A stretch of 64,000 bases of DNA from Octopus bimaculoides (GCF_001194135.2 NC_069007.1:746551-810550); one strand, 5' to 3'; numbered from the stretch's first letter, positions 1 through 13,740 are shown. Notes: generated by a model not told the origin, from the letters alone. Numbers and translations are program-made.

Positions 1-1
1 G

Positions 2-269
2 CCAAAACATTTGAGAGACATGCAAGACATGGATGCGGAGGTCTTCAAGACAAAACTTGACGCTTTCCTCTCCACGATACCAGACGAACCAATGGCTCGT
101 AATGAGACGCAGTTTAGGGCAGCTGTGTCAAATTCTCTTATACACCAGATGTGCCATCAAAACTCTTGATTGGACTATGTCAGGTGGGGGAGAAGAGCCA
201 TGCAAGGAACGTGAAAATCACGGTGGTGCACCAGCATGACCGCAGCCACTTGGCTGAAACACATAAATA

Positions 270-275
<6 letters not shown>
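2..275 (+). mobile_element. 3' end of a CR1/L2-group LINE (C-terminus of ORF2 plus 3' UTR and A-rich tail)
   Basis: Frame from nt 2 reads PKHLRDMQDMDAEVFKTKLDAFLSTIPDEPMARNETQFRAAVSNSLIHQMCHQNS*, with TGA at 167-169. This matches the recalled FKxKLDxFLxxIPDEP...RAAxSNSL pattern at the end of APE-type LINE ORF2. A short 3' UTR ends in cataaataaaaaaa. Clade assignment is tentative. Confidence 0.75.
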
Positions 276-300
<25 letters not shown>

Positions 301-2182
301 TAATTATATATATATATATATTAATTATATATATATATATGTATCATATATATTATATACATGCATATTACATAGATGCATATTATATACAATTATATAA
401 TATACATCAGATATATATTATATACATTATATAATATATATATAGTGATATAAATAGATAGGTAGGTATAGATATTTAAACAAATGCAAAAAGATAGCTC
501 TGTTGGTATGTATGCATGTGTATTTATACGAATCGATGTGCGTATGTATGTATGTTTGTGCGTAAGTACACACTGGCGTGTGGATGTCTAACATACTTGT
601 AATATTCTATGTCGCCCTGAAAGGGTGTTATATAAATCATTATACGACTTGGCACGCTACAATGTATCTCTGTTTCTCTTTTTCTTCGCATCAAACCTCG
701 ATAAAATCATTCATTTTGTAAGTAACACGTATGAATTTCATTTAATATAAAGAATGTTATTAGAAAGTCGGCCATATTTTATGGGTTCGTCTCTCACTTT
801 CTCCCTCTCTTTCTTCTTCTTCCATACTTAATAATAGAGATATAAATATCACACAAAAATCACATATAATTTGAGCTGCCTGTTTTATATTCTCGAGACG
901 TCTGCAGCACTTCTCTGTACAGGAAAGTTCGATGCTGTATTTTAAACGAGAAATATTTCATTGAGAGACGTCATTTTATTTTCTCCATCGGAAAAGTGAA
1001 TGTTGTGCCATGCTATTATTACAAGAACTAAGCACTGCGGCCGTTCGCTTCCTTCCTTCCTTCCTTCCAACTCCTCTCACTCTTCGTCCTTCCCTCTCTC
1101 ACTGTCTTCCACTCTTTTTTCTGCACACACACACAGACAGAGTACTATATACATATTCACACACGCGCACACATCCAGCCTACCGACTGTCCTATCTGTC
1201 CGTCCTAATAATCTAACTACCCACCTATTCGTCTCTCTTATTGTCTCCCTAGTTTGCTATCCACCCATCTACTCAACCTCCAAACCACCTACCTACCATC
1301 CACTTCCATCCACGTAAGCAGCAATCTTTCCATCGTACATCTATCTCGCGGTATTGTTGATCTTGCAACAATGCAGATGTCATAATCAGATTGTATCGTC
1401 AAAGAAAGCTTGTTTGCTATAAGCTCGATGCATTTTTGGATACTGAGCCTAATGTATAGAAAGGGTTAGGGTCAGGAAGCTCCCGGTGCGGAGGTCAGAT
1501 GTTCCTGATCAACGGCTGAATCGCATGGAAAGGAAATGGAAAAGATGAGAAAAGTAAAAGTGATGGGTGGGGAGGAATTCGAAAAATATAATAGGGTAGC
1601 TACGAAGAATGAGAATAAGACCTATCCAGTTTGTAATAAATCTTTGGTATGTATTTCTGTCCATCATAGATTGTGTACGTATAAATATTGATATACACAA
1701 ACGTGAACTCACACAGACAGATGCCATCACAGACAGAAGAGATGTAGAGTGAGAGAGAGGAAGAGCGAGAAACAGAGAGAGAAACAGAGAGAGATAGGAA
1801 TAAAGAAAGACAGTGAGAGGCAGCTTTGATCCCACACAAAGACGTAAAGCGGTCACCTGTCTTATGGCATGGAGACGGTCTCCATACAGGTCTCAGATCT
1901 CATTTTTGTAAATATAACGAAAACTAACTTTATGTAAGAAGATTTCGAAATGAATTTTGACATTTAGTTTGGAACGGATTTATGCTCCAAAATAAGAATT
2001 TTTTTTTTTTTCCCCCAAGTGTCAATTTTGCACTGTCGTAGTGGATTCCTAAACTGTGACTGCGCAGGTCTGGGCATAAAATATGTTTGCTTTCTCTTCA
2101 TCTCTCGCTTACGAAAGTCACTTAAAGATTTTAAAATTTGCCTGTTCGTGGTACATTTATCACCTTCAGTATATTTGGATGT

Positions 2183-2244
<62 letters not shown>

Positions 2245-2499
2245 TTTATTAACAAATTNNNNNNNNNNNNNNNNNNNNNNNNNNNNNNNNNNNNNNNNNN
2301 NNNNNNNNNNNNNNNNNNNNNNNNNNNNNNNNNNNNNNNNNNNNNNNNNNNNNNNNNNNNNNNNNNNNNNNNNNNNNNNNNNNNNNNNNNNNNTTATGAA
2401 TAACCTGAATGTACAAAAGTATATACAGACGACACTCAAATGATTTTACAAAGTGTACAATCACCGTTAGCAATGCAATATTTGCGTAACATTTTCTTC

Positions 2500-2633
2500 A
2501 CTCGTGTGTCTACTTCAGACTTTATCACACAATGTCTTCTACATGATATACACAGTTATAATTCTGACTCGTGTGTCTACTTCAGACTTTATCACACAAT
2601 GTCTTCTACATGATATACACAGTTATAATTCTG
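2500..2633. repeat. Perfect 67-bp tandem duplication
   Basis: actcgtgtgtctacttcagactttatcacacaatgtcttctacatgatatacacagttataattctg occurs at 2500-2566 and 2567-2633. Confidence 0.95.
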
Positions 2634-2878
2634 AATATGTGGCAGCAATCTTCGCTTTCGTAATCTCACGTCTTAAGTTAATTTTTAGTTTTCCTACTCA
2701 GTCAGCGTCCATTTTTCAGAGGAATGACGTCAGCCTATGTCAAACCGATGATAGACATCTGTCCAATCGCCATCTTGGGTGTAGCTATTCATTCTTCAAT
2801 CAGTCAAGTATCTGTTTGATGGAGTAGCTGTTCGAGGAAACTCCTACATAAATACGAATATTATACTACAGGTTCATA

Positions 2879-2919
<41 letters not shown>

Positions 2920-3076
2920 TATGTGTGTGTAAATATATATATATATATATATATTATATGTATATGCGTGTGTAAATATATATGTATGTATATAGTTATG
3001 TATATGCTTATGTATAAATGCATTTATGCATACATATTTACACATACACACAATTCTATACGTATATGCATATATA

Positions 3077-3113
<37 letters not shown>

Positions 3114-3644
3114 GCATATGCGTGCATGTATACGTCTATATATACGCACAGATGCATTTTTATATATGCATTATACACATACAAAAGTATAGCAATTACA
3201 CACACATACATCCACGCACACAGACACAAGTGTGAGTGTATGTGTGTGTGTATGCGTGTGTGACATTGTAATATTTTGGTGCGTATGTGTATGTATTAGC
3301 ATATGCATGTGTAAGAGGACAACTAGTCGAATCTTTTTACGGATACAATAACATCTATTGTTTATAATATGCCGTCAAACAATTGCTTCAATAAGAAAAC
3401 AGCAGCAACAGCAACAACAAGAATTACAGGAAGACAAAGAGAAAGAAAATCCATTTCAGACACAAAGCTTAGAAAAGAGCAAAGCGACGACGATTAATAA
3501 TAATAATAATAATATATACATATATCTGTGCGTGCGGGTATTAAGTGTGTTAGAGTGTGTGAGTGAGCATACTGGTGTGTGTTCGTTTTATATGTATAAA
3601 ACTGGGTTTTTGGAAGTGTATGTGTAAATATGCATACATGTTTG

Positions 3645-3700
<56 letters not shown>

Positions 3701-3997
3701 NNNNNNNNNNNNNNNNNNNNNNNNNNNNNNNNNNNNNNNNNNNNNNNNNNNNNNNNNNNNNNNNNNNNNNNNNNNNNNNNNNNNNNNNNNNNNNNNNNNN
3801 NNNNNNNNNNNNNNNNNNNNNNNNNNNNNNNNNNNNNNNNNNNNNNNNNNNNNNNNNNNNNNNNNNNNNNNNNNNNNNNNNNNNNNNNNNNNNNNNNNNN
3901 NNNNNNNNNNNNNNNNNNNNNNNNNNNNNNNNNNNNNNNNNNNNNNNNNNNNNNNNNNNNNNNNNNNNNNNNNNNNNNNNNNNNNNNNNNNNNNNNN

Positions 3998-4071
<74 letters not shown>

Positions 4072-4229
4072 ATGTGTGCCAGTGAAGAATTTCACCTTTT
4101 ATATATATATACCCCATCAATCTAGAGAGAGAAACGAAATAATACAATAATTGTGCTCTTACGAAGACAGAATATTTATAATTTCTTTTACCGTTGGACT
4201 CTGAACATTGCTGTTTCTGTAATGTTTAT

Positions 4230-4895
4230 TATTGGCGGTGATAGAGTCGTTGGTGGTGGGGGTGGGTGGGCTTTGAATACTGCTGGTGATGGTGGCGATA
4301 GCGTTGGTGGTAGTATCGGTAGGGGTGAGTGGGGTGGAAGTGTAGGTGTCGGCGCTAGTTTTGGCGGTGGTAGCGTCGGCGGCGATGGTGCTCCTCTTAT
4401 TCACGTTGCGTTTCGTCTTATTTTTAATCTGCTTCATGCTATTATGTTGCATTCGTTTGTCATAATGATGGCGACGAGCATGATAACTATGACGACGATG
4501 AACACCATCACCATCACCACCATCGTCATCGTCATTATTATTATTATCATTATTATTACTATTGGTAGTAGAAGTATTACTACTACTACTACTACCGATG
4601 TTATTGCTACTATTATTGTTATTATTAATTATTATTATTATTATTATTATTCGCATTTCTTCTTATGTTCTCCTATGTTTTCCGAGTGCCATTTCTTTTC
4701 TATAAGTATCATTGTTATTATAGGTGTAGTCTCTTTGCAGTCAATAGCTGAGGCCAAAATCGCCATTGTTATCATTTTTATTATTATTATTATCATCAGT
4801 ATTACTATTGTCATAATCATCATCGTTCGCAGCAGCAGCAACGTTAGCATCCTCATTATTAGTATTCGCTATCTTGTTTGTGTTGTTGCTATTCC

Positions 4896-4926
<31 letters not shown>

Positions 4927-4950
4927 GCGATTATTATTATTATTAGAAAT
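4230..4950. repeat. Compound trinucleotide low-complexity tract (GGT/GAT/ATT/ACT/GTT)
   Basis: Directly visible runs of trinucleotide repeats; these explain the 287-aa and 165-aa ORFs here. Confidence 0.9.
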
Positions 4951-5539
4951 GTTGTCGTTATTATAATCACAGCTGTTATGTTTGGGGAAGAGCTTACATG
5001 TTATTTCCTACACTGAAACAAAGAAAAGCTTGTGAATGGTTTTACTCGTTGTAGTAGCCATAGTGATGGTGGCTGATGGCGGCGGTGGTTGTGATGCCTT
5101 GAGTGGGTGGCGTGGAAGGAAGGGAGCGTTCAGGAATGACAAATCCTATTAAAAAAATGTGGTATGGATAAAGACTTTGAAAGGTTTGGTCGTAGTTGTT
5201 TCCATGTTCTAGCTTCCACGGTTTTTTTTGTTGTTGTTTCTTTGTCTTTCTTCATTGTTGTTTTGTTAGAGACCTAAGTTAATATTTAGTTGGGAAAGAG
5301 AAAGACAGGCAAACATATAGAGAATATGAAAGAGAAAGAGGGAGAGAGAGAAAGAGATTCAGATGTAGAGACAGACTAGAAGAGAATGTGCGTGTTTCGA
5401 TTTGAGAGCAACACAAGTAAAAGAGAGTTGAAAAAGCGTGAGAGAAGAAGAGGAAGATAAAAGTATTGAAAAAGACATAAAATGCATAAGAAAAGGTGTG
5501 TGTGTGTGTGTGTAAGAACTCCTTTCCTTAGTTTGTTAC

Positions 5540-5574
<35 letters not shown>

Positions 5575-5647
5575 TGTGTGTGTTTCTATATATCTATGTA
5601 TTATGTATGTATGACAGCGAAATACATAGAGGGACTGAGAGATATTG

Positions 5648-5683
<36 letters not shown>

Positions 5684-7318
5684 ATGAGAGAAAGAGATAT
5701 AGGAAGAGAGAAGCAAAATAAATACCCAAAAACATAAACAGATCAAAAAATCAATAAATAATCATTTGTCTATATAGATTGCCTAACTGTGTTAAATCTG
5801 AAATTTGTTTGCAAGAATTTTGGCTTCAAATGCCAGATTAAGCTGTCGTTTTTTGTGGTTTCCTATATTTACATGAATTTCTTAAATATCTAAATACGCA
5901 CTCAGAAGCAAAGTAGAAGAAATATGCGCCGTTTTTTTTTCCTTTTATTTACATTTTTGCTTAGAATCAACGAGACAAATTGACATTTTACTTTTGATTT
6001 CACATTTTAATATATTTATTGAGCTTTAATGGCGGTGGATTGCAAGAATCAAATTGATAGAGTGATAGATAAGAATGTTTTACTGTATTTACTTGCCTAT
6101 ATTTACTTTTTTGTGTTCAAATCGCGACTAAATTACCTTTAAGTTGCCTTTCATCCTTCCCAAGTCAATAAAATAAAATACCCATCCTGCACTGTGGTCG
6201 ATAATAATCGATTATATTCTCCCTCTTTCCCTAAATGTGTGACTGTACCGATGTTAGGAAATATATCTATTGAGACAAATCATGACAGAATGGTAAAAGA
6301 TGTTTACTTCCCAAACACGTACAGCGCCATATTTGTTGAACAATTGTCAAGTTTCTTAGCCTCCGATTTATTTCGTGTTAGAAACTCTATTCTTGCAATA
6401 ACTTTCTGAATTCTTCCCTTCTTTTGGTTCCTTTCACTTGTGTTAACATTCACCAGTTCTTTCCATTTCGTTTCCAGTCCTCTTTTCCGCCGTTTCATTC
6501 CACCCGAAATCTCCTTTCTCTTCTATCAATCTTCACCACTTCTTCCCGCGTCTCCCTCAGCCCTTTTCGTCCAGATACTCCTTGCACTTAGACCCAATTA
6601 CTCCTTAAATGAAACTTCAACAGGCCCTCTCACATGAAAGTAATTTAGATGGAGGATTTGGAACTTGGATAGTCCAATGTAGCCCATGGTGTCCTATCTG
6701 GGGTCCTGCGTCGTCTAGTCATTAGAACTTTTAATTTTCGATGATCTTCCAATTGATACAGAATGCATTTGAAATGCATCTCCGTCTGTGTCAGCGATGA
6801 GTGTGCATCTGTCCTATCATCTCAACTACGTGTTCATTGAATGAAAGGGGAAGTGGTTGAGTAATTCGTAGACATGTATCCATAACACAATTCCGAGGTC
6901 GAACCAGTCACATTATAGGGTGGACCCTTGAATTTCATGTGCAATGCATTAAACGAGCTACAACACCATCTGGTTTCAGTCGCAAAGCTGGCGTCGATCA
7001 GAAGATCGACGGTTCAACACAGTAATATCGAACCCGACGTTTTGTCATTACAAACTCCTTAATCATTCGATCATGTGATGTCTGGAACAGAGAGTTCAAT
7101 TTATAACTCTCTTCATGCAGAATCCCTCGATGGTTTAGTCCATGAAAATATTAAACAAAAGTCTGTGCCACTGTCACGAAATCTGCTCGTACAACTCTAT
7201 TTAAAATATTTCTATTGACCCATTTGTTTTAAAGCAGTAGTAGTTATATTTCTGGTAGGTTTAGCTGTTATTTCTAGTTAGGTGATCCTCCATTTTTCTG
7301 AGCTCATGCACGTCTATA

Positions 7319-7441
7319 TGTGAAAGAGGACGCTGAAAAGTTCCTGGTTTTTAGGACTTATTGGAGGACGTATTGGACGTATTGGAGGCCAAACCTTACG
7401 AGTTCTTCCACATGGCTTAGAAAAACTGAAGGGTCGCTGCA
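7319..7441 (+). mobile_element. Mariner-derived non-autonomous element fragment, cut by an N-gap
   Basis: gctgaaaagttcctgg resembles a mariner-type terminal repeat (recalled). Downstream it translates to HGLEKLKGRC, like the mariner transposase C-terminal GIxKLxxRWxKC motif. Confidence 0.55.
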
Positions 7442-9261
7442 NNNNNNNNNNGGGGGGGGGTTGGGGGTGGAGATGTTGAATAAAAAAAATCGCAATTCAC
7501 TGACCTTTCTCTATTTTCATTTATCAAAAGCAAGAAAGTTGTCAGCACCCAGTCGTATGTGGTATATGGGCGTGTGTATACGTACCCATGTGTACGTATG
7601 TGTCCATATGTGTCTGTGCGTGTGTCCATGTATCTGTGCATACGTGTGCATAAATGTGTGTGTGCGTGCGACCGTGTGTATGTGTGAGTGAGTGAGTGAG
7701 TGTTTTATCGCTGCTTTTACATTATGCTACGATTTGAATGAATTATTATGCGATTGGTCCATGTCAGTTGCGACCATTGGTTGTGATAATTCATTGATTA
7801 TTGATGGAATTGAGCTGTTATCTGTTCAATCTGAATTGTAAATAGTTGCTGTATTAGAAGATATCGATGGGTGAAAGCAGAGGTTGAATGATGCCTAAGG
7901 ATAACAAATAGAGACAGAGATGGTGATAAAGTTTAGATGATGGCAGAAGAGGGAGGCGGAGGAGGAGAAAGAAGAAAGAAAAAGAAGAGCAACAACATGA
8001 ACAGACAGAAAAAAAAATGAGAGACTGTGTGGTGTGAGCAAAGAGGAAATTACGAAAGATATGGGAAGATATATGGTATTAGAGATGAAGAGACTAACGA
8101 AAAAATCAGCAGCAGCAGTAGCAGCAGTAGTAGTAGTAGAAATATGATGGCGGCAGCAGCAGCAGTAGTTGTTGTTGTAGAGCGAATGGAGAGAGTAAGA
8201 ATAATGGGGAAATGATAGAGAGCGAAATGATATAGAGATTAATATAGATTCATGAACAATGATGTATATACCCCCATGTATGTATATATATATATATATA
8301 TATGTTTATGTGTGTGCTTTTAAAAGTATATACATACATATCTATAAATAAATGTATACGAAGGCGTATATATATATATATGTGAGAGAGAGAGAGAGAA
8401 GATGGACAGAAAGAGGAAGTAATTATTTATGCTTGTGTGTGTGTGTGTGTGTGGAGTGTATTGTGTGCGTTAGTTTAGGTTTTGTGTATTTGTATGTGTG
8501 TCCGTGTGCATGATGCTGAGACAAGACTCTCTCCATTAACCTAAAAGGCAAAGATTCTAAATACAGCAGATGATAAAGAGAACACTCAAATCCCCGCGCA
8601 CCGTATATCGAACAATTTCGGGGGCAATTTTTTTCTAGCTACCCTGAATCTAAGTGAGTCGATCCCACCAGCAGTTATTCAGTTATACTCTTTAAGAGTA
8701 ACCTGAAAAGCAGTACACTCAACTCTGAAAAATAATACCTGGTCAATAATAAAATAGTTTTACACGATGATAAAACCGTTCCTTCCTTTTGATAATGTAG
8801 ACTTCTATCCCTCAATCAGAAATCTATTCATTTTAAAAGCTTGCTTCTTTTATAGAATCTCACATTAAATAATATTAATACGCAAGGGTAGCATTAAAAA
8901 ATACTAATATTTGAGTCGGATGATCACTTTAATTTGAATATTAGGAAGTCTTTATTGCTTTGCAAAAATGCTGCATGAATGAAGTTGAAAATATCTCGAA
9001 AATGGCTACGTGTGACATAGATGCGTTAGGGATGTGCTATTTACAAAGGAAGACATTGCTCAGTGCCATTCACTGAGATCACAACAGAAGCCTACTTTTG
9101 TAAAACTAATGTCTCAAGGGCATTGCTTTTTTTATTGCATTTTCACAGAGCAAACTACTACATCCAATGTTGACTGAACTCGTTTATGTTATCATATAAA
9201 ATCAGGTATAGTTTTGTATTTAAGAAACCGACTTTGCAGCTAGTTGGGCGAATGTATGGCA

Positions 9262-9352
9262 CGATTACATCAACCCCAGTACTCAACTGGTACTTATTTT
9301 GTCGATCTTTAAAGGATGAAAGGCAAAGTCGACTTCGGCGATATTTGATCTC
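9262..9352 (-). mobile_element. SINE family A, core fragment
   Basis: ggatgaaaggcaaagtcgac and ctggtacttatttt are the reverse complement of the core of the full copy at 50390-50628. Confidence 0.85.
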
Positions 9353-9444
9353 CAAATGTAAGGATGGGTTAAATACTTTTAAACATTTTACCCGTTGTGC
9401 TCAAGGTTTCAGCAGATCTCTGCTTTCGAACCTATCTAAAATAT

Positions 9445-9625
9445 TGATTTCGAATTTTGGCACAAGACCAGCAAGCCCGGGGAATAGTGTATGTCGATTG
9501 CACGAATACCAGTTCTTAAATAATGTTCTATCGACCCCGAAACGATGAAAAGTAACGTCGACCTCAGCGGAATTTGAACTCAGAACGCTAAAGATGGACG
9601 AAATGCTGCTAAGCATTTTTGCTAC
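9445..9625 (-). mobile_element. SINE family A copy
   Basis: gtcgacctcagcggaatttgaactcagaacg...gaaatgctgctaagcattt matches the family A head and core; tail is ttttggcacaagacc. Confidence 0.85.
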
Positions 9626-9838
9626 ATTAAACCTACCTAACTATTGGCAGCAACGTTTTAAGCTAATTTCTCCAAAATTTAGTTATTCACGCGATTGTTT
9701 TTTTCTTTTCTTTTTTTCAAGTATTGCTAAACCCGTTGAAGGCGTGATACAAGTTGCTAAATGTAAAGTGTATTTAAATACTGGCAATATATGAAGATAT
9801 AATAGTTAAGCGTGCAAAAATAAATTGAAATACCAACA

Positions 9839-9890
<52 letters not shown>

Positions 9891-10669
9891 GCGTTATCTT
9901 TATATTTGTTAAATGTTTCGTTAATATTGGACACTCAATGGTGGGTACGTATTGAATATCGTTCAAGTTGTCAGCATTTATTTCGCATAACTGAAAGGTA
10001 TTAAATACAACAAAAAGCAAATCACATCCCCAAAAATCTGAAAACACGCACAAAAACATATAAATAAAGGAGGGAAAATATTGAAATCAAAGCTCAGTTT
10101 GTTCCGGAACTATCAAAGCCGTGGAATCGCTTTATGACCACAAATAAACAAGCAACAGAACGCCAGTGCCAATATAATGAAAGGCAGGCTTATTTTCTTG
10201 AATTCATGCTTCAGTTGTAATGGATTTGTGCGCAGCTAAACTAGAGATCCCCCACGCAAAACATGCCAACATGAACTGCATGTTTGCAGTGAGTTAGCGC
10301 AAAAATAAGCAAAGATCGGGAATATAGAACAACAAGTAAATACATTGGAATTAACATACATTGTGGTTTGGTCGGGATTTTTTTTTTTGTGCGCTGGAAC
10401 GAGAAACAAACGCCACATCTCCATACTGCTAATAAGTCACAGGTATTAACATACACATGCACAAACATAGTGCATGCGTGTGCGTGCATCTCTCCGTGTG
10501 TGTGTCTTTGTGTGTGTGTGTGTGTGTACTTATAAATAAGCATTACGATTGTATAGCTGCTTAAAAAATATTAACACATATACCTGTGTATAAGTATCCA
10601 TATATATATTCGTAAATATATACATATATGTGTGCGTGTGTGTATCTGTGCGTGTGTGCGTGTGTGTGC

Positions 10670-10718
<49 letters not shown>

Positions 10719-10814
10719 TAGATAGATATGCATGTACGTATATATATGTACGTATATATATATATATATATATATGTACATATATATATGTTTATATATG
10801 TACGTATATGTATG

Positions 10815-10854
<40 letters not shown>

Positions 10855-11575
10855 GATTGTGTGAGATATACATTTATAAAAACATGTAAATGCATACTGA
10901 GATTTATAGATATGTGTATAGGAGCCTGTGTGCGTCTGTATGAGTGTGTATATACACAGTCGATCACACGCAAACACACCCATATATGCTTGTCCATAAT
11001 ATAATTCACAGATATATATATTTATACACACAATTGCCAACACAAACAACAACAACAATAACAAAATACAAGCAAAACAATATAACACAAGTATATGTTA
11101 TTCTCATGTTGTTCGGGATTATAGCTTCCTAAAACCTCTTTGAATCTACGAGGATACGGTAAATATCACAACACATCTACCAGATATTAAAACGAACCAA
11201 ATGAAGCTTCCGCCTCTTCCTTCTCGCCTACCGTACGACGCCAATGACTAGAGAAAGCAGCAGTTGTCTTTGGTGTTTTTGTATTCAGCGATTTGTTAGC
11301 GCGCAGCAGTTGCTGTTTTTGTTGATGGTGCTGCTGTTGTTATTGTTGTCGTTGTCATCGGACATGGAGGATGTTGGTGAAGGGATGCAGAAGTTGGTGC
11401 ACGCTGATGCGGATTTCTGGAGGGGGTCCGTCAAACTGAGATGTGTCGGTGCGTGCATTTTTCCATGCTTACACACACACACACACATACACGCACGCAC
11501 ACAACACACACATTCTCTTGCATACATAGGTGTATATGTAAATATAGAAACACACACACACACACATACACACAC

Positions 11576-11622
<47 letters not shown>

Positions 11623-11767
11623 ATTACCCACGCCCAATTATGCTCAATAGTGTAATTACCACGCAATAACCAACACCTGTGTATTAATAACTGCGTATAT
11701 TACTAGCAATATATTGGGATAGATACTATCCCTTAGTTGGTTGGATTCACAGCCGCTAACTCTGAAT

Positions 11768-11812
<45 letters not shown>

Positions 11813-11820
11813 GCGTTTGT

Positions 11821-11872
<52 letters not shown>

Positions 11873-11874
<2 letters not shown>

Positions 11875-12112
11875 ACGCCGCTAAAACCTCCTCGCGGAAT
11901 GTGAAGACGAATCCTGGAAAGCGGAGCATTTTCCAATCGAAGTCGGATGTAGAGGGTTTGTTGGACACTGTGTGAGACGACTGCTGTTATCGTTTGACCA
12001 AACTCATCGTTAAGTACATACCACCATTACCGATATCCAAACTATAGTGGAGAAGGCTAGCCACTGGATTTGGTTAAAAAGAGACGATGAGTGATGGGTA
12101 GAAGAATATTGA
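11873..12112 (+). mobile_element. HERO-type (R2-group, RLE) LINE 3' fragment, pseudogenised
   Basis: One frame reads NLLAECEDESWKAEHFPIEVGCRGFVGHCVRRLLLSFDQTHR*VHTTITDIQTIVEKASHWIWLKRDDE*WVEEY*. PIEVGCRGF and ASxWxWLKR are the recalled C-terminal RLE motifs of HERO-like elements. It has internal stops. Confidence 0.75.
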
Positions 12113-13511
12113 GCTTTAATTTAATAACCAGTTCTTACTTCAAAATTTCAAACCGCAGACAGAGGTTGAGTTTTAACATCCCTGTTATGTTTTAAATATC
12201 ACGCCTGGCCATAGCCGAGGAAGGCAAACTAATTTAAAATTCAGTGCTACAGTTAAGGCATGTGTGAGTGTGGGTGGAAACAAATAGCAAAACATAAATG
12301 TGCGTAGATCCCTAGAGTACTGAAAATCGATATCCGTGCTGCTCCTACTTTAGACAAAAGTCACGCAACGGCATTCTATCGATAGGTCTTCTTTTTCTAT
12401 TTTTTGACATCAAACAGAAGACTAGGTTTTTTTTAACAAGTTTAGTGGTTTGACGTTATTTCTGATGGCAAAAATTTAATATTATTTTGTTATTATTAAT
12501 GTATTCTTGCTTTGTCAACATTGCAAGCCTTACCAATACAAAATATAGGACGACTGATATCTGCTTTTTATTTTCTAACCTTAGTGACACTTTTGAATTC
12601 GAAATATTTAACGGCGTTTGTCTTGAGAATATAGGGTTACACTAAGTATTACGCTATTTCATTATACCCCGTCGAGTTTTTATTATTTCACGACATTTCA
12701 CGATTCCTATTTCTCTTCCGATCAGATTGAAGGATAAATGTGTATTTTAACTACGTTTATTGAATAAACGTGTTCGAATTCTTTCATCTCCCATACAAAC
12801 TAAAGATCCTTTGCTACCTCAGGCCGCCATGTGTGTGTGCGTGCATGTGTATCACTGCGTATGTGCATGTGTGTCTGTTGCATGAGTTTATATTGAATTC
12901 CTCATCATTGATGTATATTTTCCCTCTATTAATCTTCTACTGTTGTCTGTCTTCCTTATTTGCATGTTATTCGATAAGTAAACATTGACTTAGCCTATAG
13001 ACGTATTGATTCGTGTTGATATATAAAAATATTAAGACCAAATATAAATAAGGAAGTGTGAATGAGAAAGAGAGAAATAGAGAATGACAGAGATTGGTTA
13101 GAGATAAGGAGAGAAAGAGAAAGAGAGAGAGAAAGAGAAAGAGAGAGAAAGAGAGTGTTGTTAACGAGAGAAACATAATGACGGAGGGAAAAAGAAAGAG
13201 GCCGTCGTTCATATTTTAAACAAATTTAATGGATTAATGAGTTGGAATTATATTCGAATTATTGTCTACTCGGTGAAATCAATATTTCCTCTTATGAGAG
13301 GCAAAGACCAAAACTAAAACCACACCTACCCGCACCTCTTCGGTTCGAAGATTAAAGGAATCATCTGGGGAAAATGTAAGGGAATTACTAGACAACTGGT
13401 GCTAAAGAATGCAAAGACCCAGACTTCAAAGTTACACAATATTTAATGAGAACTATGCTATTGTTTTAAATAAAAAGAAAATTAAAGACTAGATTTTCTC
13501 CTCCTCTTTTG

Positions 13512-13562
<51 letters not shown>

Positions 13563-13698
13563 ACAAAATATCACTACCTGTTTCTGCATTGATGTTTGGT
13601 GCAATAAGAGCTTATGCAGTCTTTTATTTATGCACTGTCATAAATATCATATATATATAGAGAAAAGTGGAGATAGATAAATATACTCGCTGGCTCAC

Positions 13699-13740
<42 letters not shown>

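Noticed and set aside
4153-5016. 287-aa ORF and overlapping minus-strand ORFs
   Set aside because: These are translations of GGT/ATT/GTT trinucleotide tracts with no domain signature.
6992-7011. 8-bp stem with AGAA loop (cgtcgatc-agaa-gatcgacg), considered as a Helitron end or hammerhead
   Set aside because: No CTRR terminus follows and the CTGATCGA core is non-canonical. One short hairpin is expected by chance.
11426-11436. 11-bp match gtccgtcaaac shared with about 49694
   Set aside because: Many 11-mer matches are expected by chance in 64 kb.
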